From Intoshia linei (lineage: Eukaryota; Animalia; Orthonectida): a stretch of DNA of 40,681 nt. Where the stretch lies: NCBI GenBank assembly GCA_001642005.1, contig LWCA01000205.1, forward strand, positions 1 through 40,681. The letters are read 5' to 3'. The position numbers and the translations under genes are program-made. The notes under the pieces were generated by a model. The model saw only the letters and a program-made list of their open reading frames with translations. It was not told where the DNA came from and did not search any database. Positions 35,609 to 40,681 of this stretch are shown one piece after another. Position 1 is the stretch's first letter, and every line of letters starts with the position of its first letter.

Positions 35609-37756
35609 ATGATTAAATATTTTCACGTTTTAATCTTGTTAATTGTTAGTAGATTACTTTATATTCTCTTTTCAATAATTGATGATTGCGATGAAACTTT
35701 CAATTATTTGGAACCGGTAATTTTAGTTTTTCAAAAAGTATAAATTTTAAGCCAACTTTGAATATCTGTAATTATACGCTTATTTATGATTTTAATGTAA
35801 ATTATTTAAAAAATATAAAATATGTTGAAAGGTTATCTCAAATAAGAGATGAGGTAACTTGGCTAAAATTTGAAATAATGATTGACAAATTTATTTTAAT
35901 TTTATACATTTTAGCTACATTTTTTAAAATATGGCTACGGCTACCAAACATGGGAATATGCAGAACAATATGGTTTACGATCGTATTTTTATTTGCTGTT
36001 ACATTATTTTTCAATATATTTTGCTCCCCGCAAGACATTTTTCATGTTAAATCGAGTTTATTCAATGGATGTTTTATTTTTAAAATTTTTTCTACTTTTA
36101 TTATCTTGCTTTAGTCAATTCTATTTAATTAGGTAAATTTTATATTCTTTTTAAATTTTATGCAATTTATTTTTCCAGAAAAATACACATTTACAAACGA
36201 TGTGGATTGTACTATTTAATTATTGTCTTATTTTCTACATGCTATTTTCAAAATTCAACGTCATTTTTACCTTCATCCTTTTGTATGTACATGACAAATG
36301 TTATATTGGCATCACATATAGCAAAGTATTCTATGAATGGAATTTATGCTGGTATAATTGGATCTATTTTTGCTTGGCCATATTTTTTTATTTGTGGGTA
36401 TTTTATTTTTTTTTATTCATTTTTTCAATTTTTTGTTTTAGAATAACTGTTGGATTAAAAAATTTATATTTAAATTTTAAACATACTTTAATCAAATCTG
36501 TTATGTTTGGAATCGTTATTTTGGTTTATTTTATTTAGAGTGTCTACTTAAATCCAACCATTTTTAGTAAAAATCAAAATTTACCAAAACTAACAGGAAA
36601 AATTCTAGTTTTACCAACCTTTAAGGGAAAAATCCAGATTTACAGAATTGCGGACTATCTCAGTTGATATAATCGATTGTCAGCGTTTTAGGTGCCAGTT
36701 GACAAGGTGTCAGTATAAATAATGGATTGTCAGTAAATACATTGTAAGGGCAGTAAAAAATATTATTTTGTCCGTACTTTGAATATACTGTCAGTATTTA
36801 AATTTAATGTTCTGTATAAATTGAAACTGACAAAAAATGCTTTTGTAAAATATATTACAATACTCTACTATTGCCATAATTACATTCTTATTGTTCTCAT
36901 AAAAAAAGTTCTCTAAAAATGGTGTGAACACCATATAAATACTTCAAATTTTTTTGTAATATGGTTTGTAGGTATAACATGGTATCTTAATATTTCAGTT
37001 TTAACTTGGGTCAGTAGTGGATGATATAACTCAAAAACAAAAACTCGATTTTTCCATTAAAATTTGGTAAAAGTGGGTTTTCCTATGAGAGTTGGTAAAA
37101 TTGGGATTTTTCCTTAGCGTTTGTAAAAGTGGATTTTTCACTTAAAGGTAGGTAAAATTGGAATTTTCCCTAAAGGGTTTTTAAAACCGAATTTTTACCT
37201 TTTAGAATTGGTAAATTGGGATTTTGCCTAAAGGGCTTTTAAAAGCGAATTTTTCTATTAAAGGTTGGTAAAATTGGGATTTTTCCTTAAGCGTTTGTAA
37301 AAGTGGATTTTTCCCTTAAAGATTGGTAAATTTTGATTTTTATGTATTTTAAGTAAAAATGGTTGGGTTTAAGAGAATATTCTCTTTTATTTATATATTA
37401 TATAAAAAATTTTTCGTTCCATTTCATTTTTTACCTTATTTATAATTTAGTTTATAAATATAACAATTGATTCTTATTTTTATGGAAAAGTCACATTTCC
37501 TACGCTAAATGCAATCATTTACAATGTTTTTCAAGGAAAATCTACTCTATATGGTTATTTTTACTTAAGATATTATCACATAATACATGTATGTTTACGC
37601 ACTACGGAAATAATAATTATTACCCACAATGTTTTCTGAAACTGTTATACTTTATATTTTAGGGAAAGAACCCATATATTATTATCTTAAAGTCATTGTC
37701 TTGGACTATAACATTTTGTCGATTTTTATTTTTGTTTATCCGGCATATTGTTTAAG
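35609..37756 (+). CDS. ALG9: ALG9 alpha-1,2-mannosyltransferase (GT22), 5' part; exons 35609-35716, 35915-36132, 36179-36397, 36442-36523, 37451-37553, 37663-37756; probably continues beyond the window
   Basis: Motifs DCDETFNYLEP|LHFLKYGYGYQTWEY...LRSY, STSFLPSSFCMY, AWPY, IDSYFYGK...LNAIIYNVF, LYGKEPIYYY. The C-terminal HKEERF motif was not seen in the window. Confidence 0.93.
36538..37384. mobile_element. Mutator-like (MULE/foldback-type) non-autonomous element in an ALG9 intron
   Basis: 9-bp TSD TTTTATTTA on both sides, GAG...CTC ends, and imperfect TIR (CTTAAA.CCAACCATTTTTA) extended by ~30-bp subterminal repeats. Confidence 0.8.
37050..37340 (+). repeat. ~30-bp tandem array, about 10 degenerate units
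   Basis: Approximate consensus TTTTTCCTTAAGGGTTGGTAAAATTGGGA. Confidence 0.88.
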
Positions 37757-38122
37757 GTAACTTCATATTGCAATTAGTGATGCGACGATTAAAATTAATT
37801 TGAATTGTAGATATTTAAACTATTAGTATTCATAATGTATATTGATTATTCTTATAAGGTAAGATATGATTGATATATGAAGTCGCTAGGGCAGAGGTGG
37901 CCAAATGTGGCCCGCGATGGTTATCTAACAAAATGAAGTAAATGTTTGAGATTTATTAGTTAACCACGCCAAAATATCATTTTAGCTGTTGAATTTGATT
38001 GTTTACAATATGTCAACATTTCATTTAGATCAGTGTTTCCTGATAGGGACTAGTAAATATTACGAATTTATAGGATTATGAAAACTTTATATTAATTTAC
38101 TATTAGATGTTTATATAGAAAA

Positions 38123-39380
38123 CTAGGTTGACAGTTATGTATTACGTACAAAAAGCGCCTAGTTCTGCCGAGGGCACATTTTTATTCTACCAAAAAAAAT
38201 AATAATTAAAAAATCTTACTTAAAAATCATACTATTCACTATTATCAATCCTTTAAAGGAGTGGTTCCAAAACTTCTTTCCGTCATATGAAATTAATTTT
38301 TACATTAAAGTCAATTATTCAATCTTAATATTGTTTTGTTAACATTTACGTAAAGAATTTTAAAAACAATTGTTATCTCATTTTTTTAATTTATTAGACC
38401 GAATGTGTGTATAATATTAAAAATAAAGTAAAAACAGTCCAATCCTAAAAATTGTCATAAATAGCATAAATTCCAGAAAAAATAAAATTAAGAAACCTAT
38501 TTTGTCATTTTCAATGTGATGACATATATTCAGTATCAATTTAATAAATAAATCCTAAAAATTGTCATAAATAGCATAAATTCCAGAAAAAATAAAATTA
38601 TAAACTATTTTGTTATTTTGAGTGTGATGATATATATTCAGTACCAATTTAATCAATAATTAACGGAATCAGCACTTTATAAACATATTTCAGGTGAATT
38701 TTACCAATATTGCAAAGGATTGTAATAAATATAAAAATGATAATAAAAAAGTTGTATTACTTTTAGTAATTCGTTGTTGTAGTTTTAATTTAAATTTTTT
38801 GGAAATGAGAATTTGAGATTTAAAAATTGCGAAAGAATGAATTATATAGATTTTCACCCATATTTCTTTATTGGAAAAAAGTAGATGTTCAATTTACATT
38901 TTTTTTTGAAATTGTAGTATGAAATATTTGAAAATTATTGGTTGATAATATATTAAAAATTTATTTTCATCGGGAATGCGTAGATTTATGAGGTTAAAAT
39001 TTTGTATTTATATCAACTGGAATAAGGTCTATAAAACTAATTTTTTTTTTAATTTTCGGACCGTTATTATTTCACATTTTTTGTGTGTGCTAATAGAATA
39101 AAACTCTACCACCTGTAAATTTTTTTAAATTCTAGGGCTGTTTTCATTAAAAAAAAGGGTAATTTGAGGTTTTGGCCCTGAAGATATATTTTTTTAAATT
39201 TTCGAACTCGTTTGATTTTCAAAAAAGGACAATTGGGCTTTTTGATCCGTAAGATGTGAGTTTGGGAAGTTGAAATTTATTTGCTAACACCCGGAAAAAA
39301 CTGCAATTGAAGTGTTAATTGTATAAAATTCTAAGACTTGTAGTTATTGAAATAAACAAACATTGCATATTAAATAAGGA
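38123..39380 (-). mobile_element. Longest Helitron copy (1258 bp), 5' type A, both ends present
   Basis: On the minus strand: A|TCCTTATTT... and ...TGTACGTAATACA...CCTAG|T. Internal 110-bp tandem duplication (38441-38550 / 38551-38660). Confidence 0.88.
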
Positions 39381-39997
39381 TATTTTATCCAATAATTATA
39401 GTGATTTCTTTTGGCTAAATAAATCCTTTTACAGAATTAGCAAAAAAGCAATATTTATTTAAAAATAGCAAAAATGATTTTAATATACGTTTTGAAGATA
39501 TCAATAATTGAGATTAAATCAACATACAGAGTTGCACAATAGCTCGTATCTCAGTGCACATGTAAATATCAAATACCAAGAACGTATAATATACGTATAT
39601 TAGGGTGTCACACTCATCAAAGAATCAAGGGAAATTAGCACTAAAAGTGTGTATTTTTAAAATAGAAAAACTAATTCGCAATCAAAAACATTTAACGCTA
39701 TCTATTCGAGTTGCGTTTGTCATTTTAAATATCACTTTAAAAATATTATGGGAGAAATTATAACGGAAATTGGAGTTTGAACTGTTAAACGTGATACCGA
39801 CTTGATAATATTGTTCTCCATGTTTAGTTATACAGTTTATTTTTTTAAATATGTTTCTAGTTCAATTTTTTTGGATGCTTTGAATACAATATAAATAATG
39901 TAAATAAGTCAGAATTAGAGAAATTAAATCGTTAATAAAATCCAAAAAAATTGAGCTAGAAACAAATTTAAAAAAATAAACAGTATAACTAAACAAC

Positions 39998-40681
39998 AAT
40001 GGGGTGCACAACCTTTCCACAAATTCAGCCACAATGCTACTTTTCTCATAGATACTACGGCCGCACAAAATTTACTTAGACATTGAGAAAGTTTACTCTG
40101 CACCTAAATTTTAGGTCTAATAAAATACTTTTCTTTAAATTTTAATATCAGCAAGTTTTAATTAATAATTTTCAATTAAAATGAATCCTTAATTCACTCA
40201 TATAAATTAACACCACATTTGTCATTTATCTGAATCTGAATAAATAGCAATAGTAGGATTAATGCAGTGCTTCTCATGGGGTGAATACGAAAATTTAGAT
40301 GATTGTAGGCTAATCTACAATTTTCAACATATTTCATTAAATCATCCAATTAATGTTATGACAAAAAACCAAAATTTTACCAACCCTTAAGGAAGAAATC
40401 CCTTTTTACCAATATTTTTTTTATAAATTCATTTTTACCAAAGTTTTAGAATAAAAACTACCCTATCTTATTCCAAAAGAAAAAACCAAATTTTACCAAC
40501 TCTTAAGGAAAAAAATCCCATTTTACCTTTGCAATAATTATTCCGACATTCCATAAGAAAAAACCTGATTTTAAAAAAGTTTGAAAATCTTTTACTAATA
40601 TTTTTTTGAAAAAACATTAATCATTAATTTTTTGGTAAATAATTAATAATTGGACAACAGAAAAAAGTTCCATTAAAAACC
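39998..40681 (+). mobile_element. Second copy of the ~1 kb CAGGGGTGCACAAC hAT element, truncated by the window end
   Basis: Colinear with 12004-12744. Confidence 0.9.

Noticed and set aside
37050-37340. Regular ~30-bp array resembling a CRISPR
   Set aside because: Units are degenerate and contiguous with no unique spacers. The context is eukaryotic, and the array lies within a TSD-bounded element.
1-40681. Alternative genetic code or stop read-through
   Set aside because: All conserved genes translate without internal stops in the standard code. In-frame stops occur only in TE relics and unassigned segments.

Overview
Very AT-rich, intron-containing animal DNA, so the ORF track mostly shows exon fragments or spurious frames. 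Taxon is inference only: the 34-54 bp introns and divergent metazoan proteins would fit a compact-genome invertebrate parasite such as an orthonectid. I reconstructed five spliced genes by hand: a divergent forkhead transcription factor (+, 7034-8248), an ADAM10/kuzbanian-like metalloprotease that appears to be catalytic-domain-only (+, about 10811-13494), TMEM120/TACAN (-, 12 exons, 347 aa), Arp2 (-, 9 exons, 391 aa) and ALG9 (+, head-to-head with Arp2, incomplete in the window). A weaker Cys-rich Ly6/quiver-like candidate lies near 17.3-17.45 kb (-). Intergenic DNA and all long introns are packed with mobile DNA: about 14 copies or fragments of one modular non-autonomous Helitron family, hAT, piggyBac, Tc1 and Mutator-type MITEs with recognisable TSDs (often nested), decayed hAT transposase ends and Ty3/gypsy relics. 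I found no tRNA, rRNA or CRISPR array. I found no clear-cut novel system. The best leads are the Helitron architecture (two 5' modules, a Helitron-hAT composite, inverted copies bracketing Arp2 exons) and the truncated ADAM protease.
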